Below are positions 20,825 to 31,445 of a stretch of DNA of 64,000 nt, piece after piece (positions within the stretch are counted from its first letter, which is position 1; every line of letters begins with the position of its first letter). This DNA comes from an uncultured Planctomycetota bacterium. GTDB taxonomy: Bacteria > Planctomycetota > Planctomycetia > Isosphaerales > Isosphaeraceae. The DNA is taken from positions 704,001 through 768,000 of the forward strand of contig CAWGMQ010000010.1 in the NCBI GenBank assembly GCA_963823665.1, given 5' to 3'. The position numbers and the translations under genes were made by a program. The notes under the pieces were generated by a model. It was not told where the DNA came from. It was given only the letters and a program-made list of their open reading frames with translations, and ran no database searches.

Positions 20825-22144
20825 TCAAATCGCGGCTGCGGAACCTGCGCGAACTTCCGGGAAAATTCGTTTGGGGTTATCGATCAGGATGAGTTTGGCG
20901 AGATCAAGCGCCCGTTCCACCGGCCAGCCCTGGCCGCGGACGACTTCTTCCGAGAGCACATCCGCCAGGATCCGCCGGTACATGTTGAACTTGGGGGCGA
21001 TGAACTCGAGCTTGTACGCATCTGAATAATAGCCGAGAAGCTTCGTCTTGGGCAAGGCTTGGACGCGCGCCCGCAGATCGGCGGCGATGAACGCCGGCAC
21101 GTTCGAATACCACCAGTGGCCCATGGGCAGCACGTTGGGAAAGATCCAGGAATACGCCACCAGCTCGCCTGCGGCATCCGGCGAGAGTGTGGAAACCGGA
21201 AACTTGACAGCCGCGAAGTGATTGAACAAGTCGCGGTAGTCGTAAAGGCTGACCCGACGATCAAAGAGGTCGCGGCCCCCCGCGACTCCATTTGGATAAA
21301 CATTGCGGATCGGGCCGATCATCAGGTCAAACGGCAAGCAAAAATCGGCGCAGAGCTCGGCCACTGTCCAGAATACCGCGCACCGCACGTCTTCGATCTC
21401 GTCGCGTCTGAGATCCATCCCGTTGATCGCCTTGCGAATCGGGGTCGAGGCTCGCCGGTGCGGAGCGGGGCGCGGGGCGAAGTCCGGCGGCAAGCTCACC
21501 GCAGCCGCCCGGGCACCGCGGGCCACGAAGCGCTCGAAAAGCCGGCCGAGCGCCTCTCGCAAGCTCGTCACGTCGCCAATCTCCATGTCGAGTGCCGCCT
21601 TCAAGCGGGCGATTGTGCGCGGCTCGTGCAGCTTCAAGACCAGATCGTCGGTCCGCAGGCACGGGACGTAGGCTGTGGTGTCCCAGCCTTCGAGCGGATC
21701 GTCAAAGTCGTTGGTCAGAAAGACGGCCTCAAGCCCGCTTGCCCGGAACACCTCGCGGTCCCACTGCGGCCCGTCGCCGCTGTGGTCGGCCTTGCGCAAA
21801 AGCTCCCCCAGGTTCTTGGGGGTGATCCGGTCGTGCGGGAACTGGTGGAACGTACGGGCGATTTCCAGCAGCCACGAATACTGGATGGTTGAATCGATGC
21901 GATCGAGGTATTCCACGACCGCTGCGGCGCGGGCGTCCTGGTCGAGTGCGGGCGAAACGGCTTCCCTGGGCATCCCGGAGGAGTGGGCCAGCTCGGTATA
22001 GTAGTGATAACCGAGAATCTCCTCGAAATGGCGCGCGGCCGGCCGGTGAGGGTCGATGTGGGTGTGTGGGTCGAAGATCGGCCACCGCGCCATCTCGGCG
22101 AAGAGCTCGCCGGCACAGGTCTCGAAGCTTGTTGCGTGGTTCAT
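20825..22144 (-). CDS. uronate isomerase-like amidohydrolase
   Basis: DPHTH, ILGYHYYTELAH, GHWWY, YYSDAYKLEF. Confidence 0.8.
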   Translation of the reverse strand: MNHATSFETCAGELFAEMARWPIFDPHTHIDPHRPAARHFEEILGYHYYTELAHSSGMPREAVSPALDQDARAAAVVEYLDRIDSTIQYSWLLEIARTFHQFPHDRITPKNLGELLRKADHSGDGPQWDREVFRASGLEAVFLTNDFDDPLEGWDTTAYVPCLRTDDLVLKLHEPRTIARLKAALDMEIGDVTSLREALGRLFERFVARGARAAAVSLPPDFAPRPAPHRRASTPIRKAINGMDLRRDEIEDVRCAVFWTVAELCADFCLPFDLMIGPIRNVYPNGVAGGRDLFDRRVSLYDYRDLFNHFAAVKFPVSTLSPDAAGELVAYSWIFPNVLPMGHWWYSNVPAFIAADLRARVQALPKTKLLGYYSDAYKLEFIAPKFNMYRRILADVLSEEVVRGQGWPVERALDLAKLILIDNPKRIFPEVRAGSAAAI

Positions 22145-22260
22145 ATTCGACTACCAAAGTCCATGCGCGCCGGGCGAGTGCCCTTGAATCGACAACCGCG
22201 ACCTGGCCAGGCTAGCGGGGTGCGCGCTCTCCCGCAAGAGTGACCAAAGGAGCTTTTCCC

Positions 22261-23042
22261 GTGATGAACGTGGTGGTGACGGCAGGAGCCACGATTGCGC
22301 CGATCGACGACGTACGTCAATTGACGAATGTCTCCACCGGCCGCTTCGGCGCGGCGATCACTGAGTCGGCATTGCGACGAGGAGCACGGGTCTGGCACAT
22401 TTACTCCCGGTCGGCCGAGCTGCCGCTTCTGCGGTTTGCGCGGTTTGATCTGGACGCCCGCTCGCCCGAACTCGAGCTTGACCGTCTGGCGGAGCTCCAG
22501 AAGCAGTGGCTCGCCTGCCGCGATCGCCTCACGCGGGTTCCGCTCAGAGTCGGCAACGTGAGCAACTATTCCGACACACTTCGCCGCGTGCTCGAATCAC
22601 ATCCGATCGACGTGGTGATCCTGCCCATGGCCGTGGCCGATTACGAGCCCGAGCAAGAGGCCGGCAAGATCAGATCCGATCGCGAATCGCTGGTGGTGCA
22701 CTGCCGGCGCACGCCCAAGGTGATCAGCCTGGTTCGTGACTGGGCCCCAGCGGTTTATCTCGTCGGTTTCAAGCTGCTGTCGCACGTATCCGAGCAAGAG
22801 CTGATCCGCACCGCGGCGAGCGCCTGCGTGAGCAATCGCGCCCAACTCACGGTCGCCAATGACCTCGAGACGCTGGCGCGGGAAGGCACACGATCCATCT
22901 CGTGCGGCCCGGACACGAATGCGAGACGCTCGGACCGGGGGCAGATCTGGCCGATCGCCTCGTTGCCCGCATCTTCGACTGGGCCGCCCTATCGCGGCCG
23001 GCGAGCCACGTCGGGGCATTGCCGGAAGGTCTGAAGCCATGA
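22261..23042 (+). CDS. phosphopantothenate-cysteine ligase (CoaB-like) domain protein; frameshift at ~22880
   Basis: VVVTAGATIAPIDDVRQLTNVSTGRFG, MAVADY, LVGFKL, VANDL. Confidence 0.85.
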
Positions 23043-24304
23043 GTCAGCCCGCCGCCGCGCTTGAACGGGCCGTCGTGGGCTCGGAAACTCCCGAGCCGGG
23101 CGAGCGAGTCTACTTTCCCGAGCTGGACGGCATGAGGTTCATCGCCTTCCTGCTCGTGTTTCTCTTCCACCGGGGTGTCCCTTGGGCCTTGCTCACCCGA
23201 AGCTTCCAGACGGTGGCAGACGCGGTTAACTACTGTCTCCTCTACACCGGCGTTTCGTGGTGGTCGCTCTCGAACGAGTTCGGACGCACCGTCACCCGAC
23301 GCTTGCAGGAAAACGGTGGTTTCGGCGTCCAGCTCTTTTTCATCCTGAGCGGCTATCTGATCGCGACGCTCTTGCTGCGCGAAGAGGCCCGCTTTGGCCG
23401 CATCGCCCTGCGGGCATTCTGGATCCGGCGCATCCTGCGGATCTGGCCGCTGTATTACCTGGTCGTGGTCATCGGATTCTTCGTCCTGCCTCCGCTCCAG
23501 ACTCCATTCTATGTGCCGGATTATCTTTCCATGCTGAGGATACACCTGGTGCCGTTCTTGCTCTTCCTCGGCAACTGGTCGATGGTCTTGATCAACCCCA
23601 TTCCGTCCGACAGCTTGAGCGTGCTCTGGAGCGTTTGTGTCGAGGAGCAGTTTTACCTCGTTGTTCCACTTTTCATCGCGCTGGTGCTTCCTCGATTCAG
23701 AGTTCGACTGGTCGGATTTCTGCTCGTTGCCTCGATCGCCGTGCGCTACTGGAACGCTTCTCGATCCGGGTCGCCGCTTGCGATTGTTTATAACACGTTC
23801 GCCCAGTTCGACACGCTCTGTTCCGGTGTGCTGCTGGCACTGGTCATGGGTTGGAACCGCGACCGGCCGATCCTCACTCGCTGGCTGCGCTATCTGCAAT
23901 GGCCGATCTATGCGGCGACCCTGTGGCTCTTCAGCCAGCAGAAGCTGGGCCAGGGAACCGTCTGGCACCGGACGTGGGATTACGTCTGGGTGTGGATGTG
24001 CGGTGTCGCGCTGGTCATGGTGGCGATCTGGGGCCAGGGCTGGCTGCGCAGGGCGCTTTCGTATTCACGAATCGTGTGGCTGGGCAAGATCAGCTACGGA
24101 CTTTACATGTACCACGAGATTGCGATCTGGGTGCGAGAGCGAGTCATGTACAGGTCGGCGTGGTTCGCCAACCGGGACGAGCTCTTCGCGATCGGCACCT
24201 TTGCGCTCGTGATCGCGATGGCAGCGCTATCGTATTATGCGTATGAGCGCCGATTCTTGGTCTGGAAGCGAGCATGGACGCGGGTGCCGTCACGGCCGGT
24301 GTAG
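23039..24304 (+). CDS. acyltransferase-3 (OafA/YrhL-like) membrane O-acyltransferase
   Basis: PELDGMRFIA, GVQLFFILSGYLI, RRILRIWPLYY, LWSVCVEEQFY, LGKISYGLYMYH. Confidence 0.93.
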   Translation: MSQPAAALERAVVGSETPEPGERVYFPELDGMRFIAFLLVFLFHRGVPWALLTRSFQTVADAVNYCLLYTGVSWWSLSNEFGRTVTRRLQENGGFGVQLFFILSGYLIATLLLREEARFGRIALRAFWIRRILRIWPLYYLVVVIGFFVLPPLQTPFYVPDYLSMLRIHLVPFLLFLGNWSMVLINPIPSDSLSVLWSVCVEEQFYLVVPLFIALVLPRFRVRLVGFLLVASIAVRYWNASRSGSPLAIVYNTFAQFDTLCSGVLLALVMGWNRDRPILTRWLRYLQWPIYAATLWLFSQQKLGQGTVWHRTWDYVWVWMCGVALVMVAIWGQGWLRRALSYSRIVWLGKISYGLYMYHEIAIWVRERVMYRSAWFANRDELFAIGTFALVIAMAALSYYAYERRFLVWKRAWTRVPSRPV

Positions 24305-24327
24305 ACAGAGGGCGTGTGCTCGTGCTC

Positions 24328-24439
24328 GTGACCACGGTCGTGAGACCTTGTTTCGGACGGGGCGAACGTCCTCCAACCTCGGGCGTAAGTCCGATCCTCG
24401 CGGGCGGCCGCACCAACGTAGGTCAGGCTTTAGCCTGAC
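24328..24439 (+). repeat. dispersed intergenic repeat followed by a GTAG REP-like palindrome
   Basis: GTGACCACGGTCGTGAGACC...CCTCCAACCTCGGGCGTAAGTCCGATC matches copies at 49093-49430; GTAGGTCAGGCTTTAGCCTGAC at 24418. Confidence 0.75.
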
Positions 24440-24445
24440 GCCCAT

Positions 24446-24763
24446 TCACAAGGAAGTACTTCGCGAGGGCGGACGTTCGCGGGATTCCCTGGAGTCCATC
24501 CAACAGAAGAGCCAGCCAACCAGATGAGTTGGCACCACCACGAGACAGAATGGCCAGCAATTGACTCCCCAAAGCCGCTGCAGGCCCAGAAGGCCATCGC
24601 TCTCGACGACACCGGGTTTGAGCCCGTCCTTGATAATCGCAGCGTAGGTGGCAAACTCGATCTGAATCTCGGCGAGGACGCCCCAAAGATCGAACGTGAA
24701 AAGGAGATGCCGCAGGTAGCGCAGGTGGCCCTGAACGTTGACGTCTGCCAGAAGACCGCGCAC
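24446..24763 (-). CDS. DUF5615/PIN-like putative toxin
   Basis: Starts (M)RGLLADVNVQG directly downstream of a DUF433-like gene; C-terminal half may be frameshifted or degraded. Confidence 0.55.
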   Translation of the reverse strand: MRGLLADVNVQGHLRYLRHLLFTFDLWGVLAEIQIEFATYAAIIKDGLKPGVVESDGLLGLQRLWGVNCWPFCLVVVPTHLVGWLFCWMDSRESRERPPSRSTSL

Positions 24764-24764
24764 G

Positions 24765-25205
24765 TCAGGGCATCCCGCCGTAGGCGGCGTCACACTCGGC
24801 GAGCCATTGTTTGAGCGTCGGCACTCGACCGCCATTTGGTCGAGGATTTGGCGAGGCCGGCTCCTCGGCTTCAATCACAGGCGTCGACTGCTGGCGCTCG
24901 GCGAGCCAGTTCTTGAATCGCATGAAGTCCGCATGTGTTTTTTTGGACCGCTCGATCAATTCGGGTGAATTTCCAAGGCTGATCTTCGCCTCAATCTCGA
25001 GGTGTTTCGCCAGCACGGTATCCGCATGGTTCAGCACATAAGCCCGCGCAGCCGCGACTTGCTCCGGAGTCAATTCGTAGAGCTGGCAGATGTATGCCTC
25101 GGTGGCAGTTGAATCCAGGAAGTTAGGCAGCAGGTTGTAAACAGTGATGCGCGTGCCAACGATTTCAGGTCCGCGCCCTCGGTCGTGAATCAAGTCAGAT
25201 TCCAT
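24765..25205 (-). CDS. DUF433-like putative antitoxin
   Basis: GRGPEIVGTRITVYNLL...YELTPEQVAAARAY. Confidence 0.8.
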   Translation of the reverse strand: MESDLIHDRGRGPEIVGTRITVYNLLPNFLDSTATEAYICQLYELTPEQVAAARAYVLNHADTVLAKHLEIEAKISLGNSPELIERSKKTHADFMRFKNWLAERQQSTPVIEAEEPASPNPRPNGGRVPTLKQWLAECDAAYGGMP

Positions 25206-25384
25206 GTGGATGCCCCTTTCCGCTGTGCTGCACTGGTGCTGCGACAATCTTCGATTGGCGGGTCGGCCGCCTGGAGACCTTCGGTCGGTGAGGAGGGCGG
25301 GGTCAGGAGACCCGCGCCCAACAACCGCTCAATCGAAGATTGTCGGGACACTTGCCTGCCGAAGTCATTATAGCGGGCTCCGCT

Positions 25385-25750
25385 TCACTCGTGCAGCAAC
25401 GCACAAAGCTTTTTGGGCGCTACCAGCCGATAGGAGTCGCGCAGGAATTCGGCGATGTCATCCCAGTCGACCGCGCCGTCGAGCCAGATGCCGATCCAGC
25501 CGCTCGGGCCGACATACGGGGGAACGAAGAAGCAATCGGGCGCCGCAGCGACCATGGCGGCCTGTTCGCCGGGTGCGGCTTTGACCCAGGTGGCGTTCCG
25601 CCCGCGTCCGTGATGGTTGGAAGCGCTGGCGTACATCGCGAAGATCTTGTTCCGAACCCGGAAGGTTGGCTCGCCCCAGGCCTCGACCTCGTGCGCCTCG
25701 GGCAGGGCCAGGCAGAGCTTTCGCAGTCGCGGGAGCGGGGAGGCCGGCAT
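25385..25750 (-). CDS. MmcQ/YjbR family protein
   Basis: LCLALPEAHEVEAWGEPTFRVRNKIFA, FFVPPYVGPSGWIG, DSYRLVAPKKL. Confidence 0.9.
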   Translation of the reverse strand: MPASPLPRLRKLCLALPEAHEVEAWGEPTFRVRNKIFAMYASASNHHGRGRNATWVKAAPGEQAAMVAAAPDCFFVPPYVGPSGWIGIWLDGAVDWDDIAEFLRDSYRLVAPKKLCALLHE

Positions 25751-25805
25751 CAGAATTGCCTTGAGGCCCAGAGATAGACTCGATCCCTATCACAATCGAT
25801 CCGGC

Positions 25806-26420
25806 TCACACGTCACTTTCCGGTCTTCGGCGCGCGCGTCCCGTTCTTTCGACCGTCGGAAACTCCCGTCCCACCAGAGAATATCCGGGCTTAGCCTTCA
25901 CCAGATTCCCAATGGACAGATGCTGCTCGCAGCGGGTAAGAAAGATCGAGAGCCCGGGTACCAAGATCGAAACATGGAAGTTCCAGCGATCCTTGGTGTG
26001 AATGACGAACCACGAGTTCATCGAGCTGTACGAAAGCCTTTCGACCCGGTTCCAAGGGACGAATCGACTCGGACGCCAGGGTGAGCGGCAATCGAGACCG
26101 TCCTCCGAGATGCCGAGAGCAAACCGGAGCGCTTCCCACAGTAGCGGCCCGCCGAGTGAGCCAAACAGGGCGAACAGGCCGATGATCGCGAGGACGTCGG
26201 CCCTGTTCTTCGGCGGCTTGAATACGATGAGCGCCGTGATGGCCAGCGGAACGCCGAAACCCATCAACAGCGCGAATCCGCGAAAGATCGCGCTGTGACG
26301 GAACCAGACCACGCCTGTCTCCGCGTCGAGCTTGGGCCGCCCGCGCTGCGCGACCAAATAGAGCAGGCCAAGGAAACCTAGCACGAGCAATGAGGTAATC
26401 AGTTGCTGATATCGTGCCAT
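25806..26420 (-). CDS. hypothetical membrane protein with PH-like C-terminal domain
   Basis: Three TM helices, then ISEDGLDCRSPWRPSRFVPWNRV. Confidence 0.65.
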   Translation of the reverse strand: MARYQQLITSLLVLGFLGLLYLVAQRGRPKLDAETGVVWFRHSAIFRGFALLMGFGVPLAITALIVFKPPKNRADVLAIIGLFALFGSLGGPLLWEALRFALGISEDGLDCRSPWRPSRFVPWNRVERLSYSSMNSWFVIHTKDRWNFHVSILVPGLSIFLTRCEQHLSIGNLVKAKPGYSLVGREFPTVERTGRARRRPESDV

Positions 26421-26632
26421 GTAATGATTTCTCCGGTCGGCGATTCAACGCTGCCTGAATCTGGCTACCCTTTCCGTGACGACCCTGGTATGTAGCGGTG
26501 CGGCAAATGTTTCGCGATGCTCTTTGCCGGATAACAATTCGATTCGCGCCGTATGAGGGAATCATCTTAGCCCAGCGGTCGCCCGCCCTCCATGAAGCGG
26601 TGGGGAGAAGCTTTCGGGGACGCGAGCAGGCG

Positions 26633-26884
26633 CTATTGGTTCGGATTCAACAATCCGCGGGATTTCTTGGCGGTGGTTCTGCCGGTGCGGAGCTTCCCCT
26701 GTTTTGTCGCTCCAAGAATCCGAAGGAGTGAAGCCAGAACCGGGCTCTCGCCCGACCCGGCAGGGCTCGGCACCGCGCCCGCAGTCATTCTTTTTTCGAG
26801 CCATTCGATGGGGTCATCCCCAGTCGCGGTTAGAGAGCGGTGCAACTCCTTGCGAATTGTGTCCAGTTTTTTCGGACCGATCAT
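26633..26884 (-). CDS. small hypothetical protein with basic C-terminus
   Basis: ATGA overlap with the upstream gene. Confidence 0.55.
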   Translation of the reverse strand: MIGPKKLDTIRKELHRSLTATGDDPIEWLEKRMTAGAVPSPAGSGESPVLASLLRILGATKQGKLRTGRTTAKKSRGLLNPNQ

Positions 26885-27372
26885 AACATCGCCTCAAATA
26901 GGTCCCACAGTTCCTGAAGCCGAGCTGTCGCTACCTGCAAATCGTCGCCGTGATCGAGCAGCTCGACTGTTGCCTTGGCCACCAATGCATCCCGGTCCGT
27001 CTGAACGCCCACGATCATGGCTCCGAGCGGGGACGCCAGGACTTCCTCGCTTTCGGGCGAAATTCGGCCTTCGACCCGCTTGCTAATCCGTCGATGACGC
27101 GCCAGGAGTTGGTGGCCTCGCTCGTGCGCGAGGATCGCTCGGAGGGTGAAATCCTCTGGGTCCGCATCGCGCTCAAACGCTTCCGCATAAACGATGAGCA
27201 AATCCTCCGCAACCGTGCTTCCTCGTCCAAATTGGGCACCCCCGCTGTGGCTGTAAACATGACGGTACTCGATGCGTCCGACGAATCCCAGCGTGCGTGC
27301 GATTCGAGCGATTCGCTCGCGACGGCCACGACGTTGTAGAGGGGTGAGACGCGGCGGTGATGAGTTTGCCAT
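26881..27372 (-). CDS. hypothetical protein with HExxH (zincin-like) motif
   Basis: ILAHERGHQ and a downstream EEVLAS. Confidence 0.6.
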   Translation of the reverse strand: MANSSPPRLTPLQRRGRRERIARIARTLGFVGRIEYRHVYSHSGGAQFGRGSTVAEDLLIVYAEAFERDADPEDFTLRAILAHERGHQLLARHRRISKRVEGRISPESEEVLASPLGAMIVGVQTDRDALVAKATVELLDHGDDLQVATARLQELWDLFEAML

Positions 27373-27545
27373 GAACGAGCCGTATATCCAAGGCTACCGC
27401 AATCGATTGTTTTCAGGAAGGCGAGGCTCCGGCTGTCACGAGTGGCGGAGACGACCATCGCTACCTCCGGCCAGGCCTAGAGTTTTCGCAGTCGAAGGCG
27501 CGGGGATCTGGCCTTCTCGAAGCGCACGGAATCGAGGTGAGATCG

Positions 27546-28863
27546 TCAGCCTTTGAACTTCGACACCATTTCCTTCGGAAGCCGCGCGAGCAATTCCGCA
27601 GGAAATGTCCCGCGACTGACATCCTCGGGACAATACTCGTTAATTGCCTCTTGGGCGAAGCGGGCGCTATAGAACTGGCACTGTAAAAGATAGTTGCCGC
27701 CGTCGAAAGTCCACACCTCATCGGCCGCTTTGGGATAGACGAACCATTTCGAGTCTTTTTTGAACAGCGGCCGGATCGGGCTCCAGGCCCGGTTGCCACA
27801 CTCGATCACGCAGTGTACTTCCTGGTCCTTCTCTGAGAGCTTGACCACGTAAGCTCCTCCAAAAAGCGGATACGTGCCAACTTTCGTGATGGCTTTCGCT
27901 GCCGGTCCCGCATCCGCCGCCTCCTTCTTTCTTGCCTTCAGATGCGCATCGAACCAGTCGGCGATGATGGGGATATCTGTTTTTAGCAGATCGCCCCAGC
28001 CGTGGGCGGCGCCTTTCTTGACGACCAGCTTGGTTTCCACGCCGGCGGCCTTGAGCTTATCCAGGAAGATCTCGGCCTGCTGGATCGGCACCAGCTTGTC
28101 GGCATCGCCGTGGATGATCAGGGTCGGTGGGTCGTCGGAGGAGACGTGATTCACGGGGCTGATCTGGCGGCCGAGCTCGAGGATCCGGTTTTCGTCGGTG
28201 ATCGGTCGGAAGACCTTGGTCTCTCGATCCTGCTCCTGGAAATCGAACGGGGGCTTGAAGCCCGACAGGATGCCTCGGCCAATGGCGTTTTCGCCCGGCT
28301 TGCCGTAGTTGAGGAAATCGGTGGGCGGGAAGAAGCAGCCGACGGCCTGGACGCGGCTTGATGTCTGGTCGACCGGATCGCGGGCTTTCTTGTCGCCCAG
28401 GTCGCTGGCGGCTCCCAGCATGAGCGAGAGATGGCCGCCGGCGGAGCCGCCCGTCACGCCGATGCGATCGGGGTCGATCTGATAGTCCTTGGCATGATAG
28501 CGGATGAATCGGACCGCCCGATTCATGTCCTGGGTGACTTCGGGAATCGTGAATCGCGGCTGGCTGCCGTGCACGACGGCGAAGACGGTGTACCCGCGCT
28601 TGAGAAACTCCTCGATGGGCGGGGAGCTGATGGCTTCATGGGCCGAGAACCAGCCGCCGCTCACAACCCAGATGATGGCGGGACCGTGCTCGCTGTAGTT
28701 GGGGTTGTCCCTCGGCGTGAAGACGTCCATGGTGATGCGCCATGCCCCATTTTCGGCCGTAGACCACATCGGTCTGGCGGTCGTAGGCGGGTGGATCGGC
28801 CGCGAATGCGGTGTGAGCAAACGAAACGACGGCCAGCGCGGCCGGAATCATCATGCGCAGCAT
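27546..28863 (-). CDS. secreted alpha/beta hydrolase (esterase/lipase) with extra C-terminal domain; frameshift at ~28740
   Basis: Signal peptide MLRMMIPAALAVVSFAHTAFAA, DVVYGRKWG, VSGGW, GGSAGGHL, IHGDAD, AHGW. Confidence 0.85.
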
Positions 28864-29304
28864 TTTCGGAGCTCCACGACGGCGAGTCGGCTTCTCGAGC
28901 CCTTTTCGCCTTTTGAATTCCAGTTGAACGGTCGAGATCCTCAATCTTTTGCGGAGATGCGCGACTGCCGGGATCGCGAGCCGCTTCCGCACACAACCAG
29001 GAGATCATCTCACCCCGGCGGTTTGCTCGCAATCCATGACAAAGACTTTGAACGCCAACGACTTCGACGAGGCGCAAGCCGCCGCACGCGTTCCCCAGCC
29101 TCGATTGTTAAGCAATGTTGTAACAAAATGTCGGAACAGCACATCGGCGTTTGACGCTAATTAATTAGTAGTGCGGAGTGATATCGCGTAGTCGCGAGAA
29201 CGTGGGTTCTCGGCGTTTGCGAGAGATCGCTCGGTACAAACATATGATATTCGACCTGTTATCATCGTTTGTAAAGATATGCTATCGTGCCGGGAGCTAC
29301 AGGT

Positions 29305-29472
29305 ATGCCGAACTGGTCGCCGATATTCGCGTATTTTGGTCCGGAGGTGCAGTTTCCGGTCCTATCAATACTAGGTGCGATGTCGGGGTTGCTCATGCTC
29401 GTCGGTGGGGCGCCGTATCGCCGGATCAGACGATGGGTTTACGACCGGAAGGGGCGTGAACCCGCATCCTGA
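29305..29472 (+). CDS. small membrane peptide
   Basis: MPNWSPIFAYFGPEVQFPVLSILGAMSGLLMLVGGAPYRRIRRW; one TM helix and a basic tail, directly before the sulfatase-like gene. Confidence 0.55.
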   Translation: MPNWSPIFAYFGPEVQFPVLSILGAMSGLLMLVGGAPYRRIRRWVYDRKGREPAS

Positions 29473-29480
29473 GATCGGAG

Positions 29481-31445
29481 GTGGCCGGAGAGGCTGAGAT
29501 GGCGCGAACGAGCCGAGGTGACGCCGGCGAGAACGGGCGCGGCGACGTGGAGCTGCGGTGTGCCGAGACGATCGGCTGGTGGTGGCCACTTGTGATTGCG
29601 CTCTGGTTCGGTCTGGTGGCTGGCTTGCTCGAGCTGTTGCTCCTGGTGATTCGCGTCGAGCTGCTCGAAGCGGGCTTCTTTCTGCGGAGCCGGCATTTCG
29701 TGTGGATGGTCCCGCTCTCCGACGTGCTGATCTTCGGAGCGGTGGGAATCTTGATGGTGGTGCCCTGGCCGTACATCGGGCGGCTTCCGGTTCGAAACAC
29801 ATTCGCGTTGCTCCTTTTCCTCGGCCTGATGAGCCAGCTTTTGCTGTTGCGCGGGGTCAATTTCTTGTCCTGCGCGCTCTTCTCGGCGGGGTTGGCCTAC
29901 CAGGTGTCACGGCGGTTCGCCTCGAACTGGCGAGGTTTTGCCAGTGCGATTCGATGGTCGGCGCCTCTGCTGGCAAGCATCCTGGCCGGAGTTCTGGCTG
30001 TGGCCGTTCTGAGGAACGCCGGCGGTTCATCCACTGTCCCCGGCAGAACGGTTGCGGAGCGCGGCGCACCGAATGTGCTTTTGATCGTGTTGGACACTGT
30101 TCGGGCCGATCACCTGAGCGTCTACGGATACCACCGCGAGACGTCGCCGCGGCTGGAAGGGCTGGCCGCGCGAGGCGTTCGATTCGACCTCGCGCGTTCC
30201 ACCGCGCCCTGGACGCTGCCTTCGCACGCCAGTATGTTTACTGGTCGATGGCCGCATGAGCTTGGTGTCGAGCGGCTCGGCTGGCTGGACGGCGGCAGTC
30301 CAACGCTCGCGGAGCACCTGCGCTCGCGCGGCTACGAGACCGCCGGCTTCGTGGCCAATACGTTTTTCTGTGGTCATGAGTCAGGCCTCGATCGCGGCTT
30401 CGACACGTATCAAGATTATCCAGTCGGACCGGCGGCGGTTCTTCGGTCATCGAGCATGGGTTGGCTACTCGCTCAAACCGCAAGCCGTGTGTGCGGTGAG
30501 CTCGCCTGGCTTTTTGGGGGTGTTCCCGGCGCAGGAATCACTCTCGATTTCGCTCGCAAGGAAGCGGGCACGGTCAGTGCCGAGTTCCTGGGCTGGCTGG
30601 ACAGGAAGCGGTCGCGGCCATTCTTTGCGTTTCTCAATTACTTCGACGCGCACGATCCCTATCTCCCGGTCCGTGATGGTCGGATCGTTCTCGATTCCGC
30701 TCGCAAATCGCGTGCGGCCTACGCGATGCTGCGCGACTGGCAGAAGTTGAAGAAAGACGAGCTCACCACCGCGGATCGCGGCCTGGCGCTGTCGGCGTAC
30801 GACGAATGCATCGCGGCACTCGACCGCGAACTGGGTAAGCTATTCGATGAGCTTGAGCGCAGGGGCATTCTCGATGACACGCTGCTGATCGTGACCGCCG
30901 ATCACGGCGAACAGTTCGGCGAACACGGCGATTTCGGACATGGGTTCAGCGTCTATCAACCAGAGGTCCACGTGCCGCTCTTGATCCATTTCCCGCGCAA
31001 GGTTCCGCAGGGGCATGTTGTTCGTGAAGCCGTCAGCCTGCGCGATGTGCCTTCGACCGTTCTTGAACTCGCGGGTCTCGACGCTCGCTCGCCGCTTCCG
31101 GGCAAGTCGCTCTCCGCATTCTGGCAAGGGAGCGAGCCAGCGTGCCCGCGCGAGGCATCGGCGCCTCTCTCGGAGCTCGCCGCACCGATCGAAACCGCGA
31201 GCTCCAGGCCCGCTCCTCCGGACTTCACAGGCTCGGTGCAGTCCGTCGGCGCCGGCCGGCACGTCTTCATCCGCCACGCCGGAGGTGCCGAAGAGCTGTA
31301 TGATCTTGAAGCCGACCCCGAGGAGCGATCGAACCTGATCGATTCTGCGAATGTCGAGCTGGTCGCGCGGCTTCGACGGTTGCTCGAGGAGCAGCAGGGC
31401 GGGTGCAGTTCTCAGCCGCCCGTGTCGTTCCTCATCGACCCGTGA
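29481..31445 (+). CDS. membrane-anchored sulfatase-like (alkaline phosphatase superfamily) hydrolase/transferase
   Basis: N-terminal TM helices, PNVLLIVLDTVRADHL, WTLPSHASMFTG, DAHDPY, TADHGE, ELYDLEADPEE. Confidence 0.9.
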   Translation: MAGEAEMARTSRGDAGENGRGDVELRCAETIGWWWPLVIALWFGLVAGLLELLLLVIRVELLEAGFFLRSRHFVWMVPLSDVLIFGAVGILMVVPWPYIGRLPVRNTFALLLFLGLMSQLLLLRGVNFLSCALFSAGLAYQVSRRFASNWRGFASAIRWSAPLLASILAGVLAVAVLRNAGGSSTVPGRTVAERGAPNVLLIVLDTVRADHLSVYGYHRETSPRLEGLAARGVRFDLARSTAPWTLPSHASMFTGRWPHELGVERLGWLDGGSPTLAEHLRSRGYETAGFVANTFFCGHESGLDRGFDTYQDYPVGPAAVLRSSSMGWLLAQTASRVCGELAWLFGGVPGAGITLDFARKEAGTVSAEFLGWLDRKRSRPFFAFLNYFDAHDPYLPVRDGRIVLDSARKSRAAYAMLRDWQKLKKDELTTADRGLALSAYDECIAALDRELGKLFDELERRGILDDTLLIVTADHGEQFGEHGDFGHGFSVYQPEVHVPLLIHFPRKVPQGHVVREAVSLRDVPSTVLELAGLDARSPLPGKSLSAFWQGSEPACPREASAPLSELAAPIETASSRPAPPDFTGSVQSVGAGRHVFIRHAGGAEELYDLEADPEERSNLIDSANVELVARLRRLLEEQQGGCSSQPPVSFLIDP

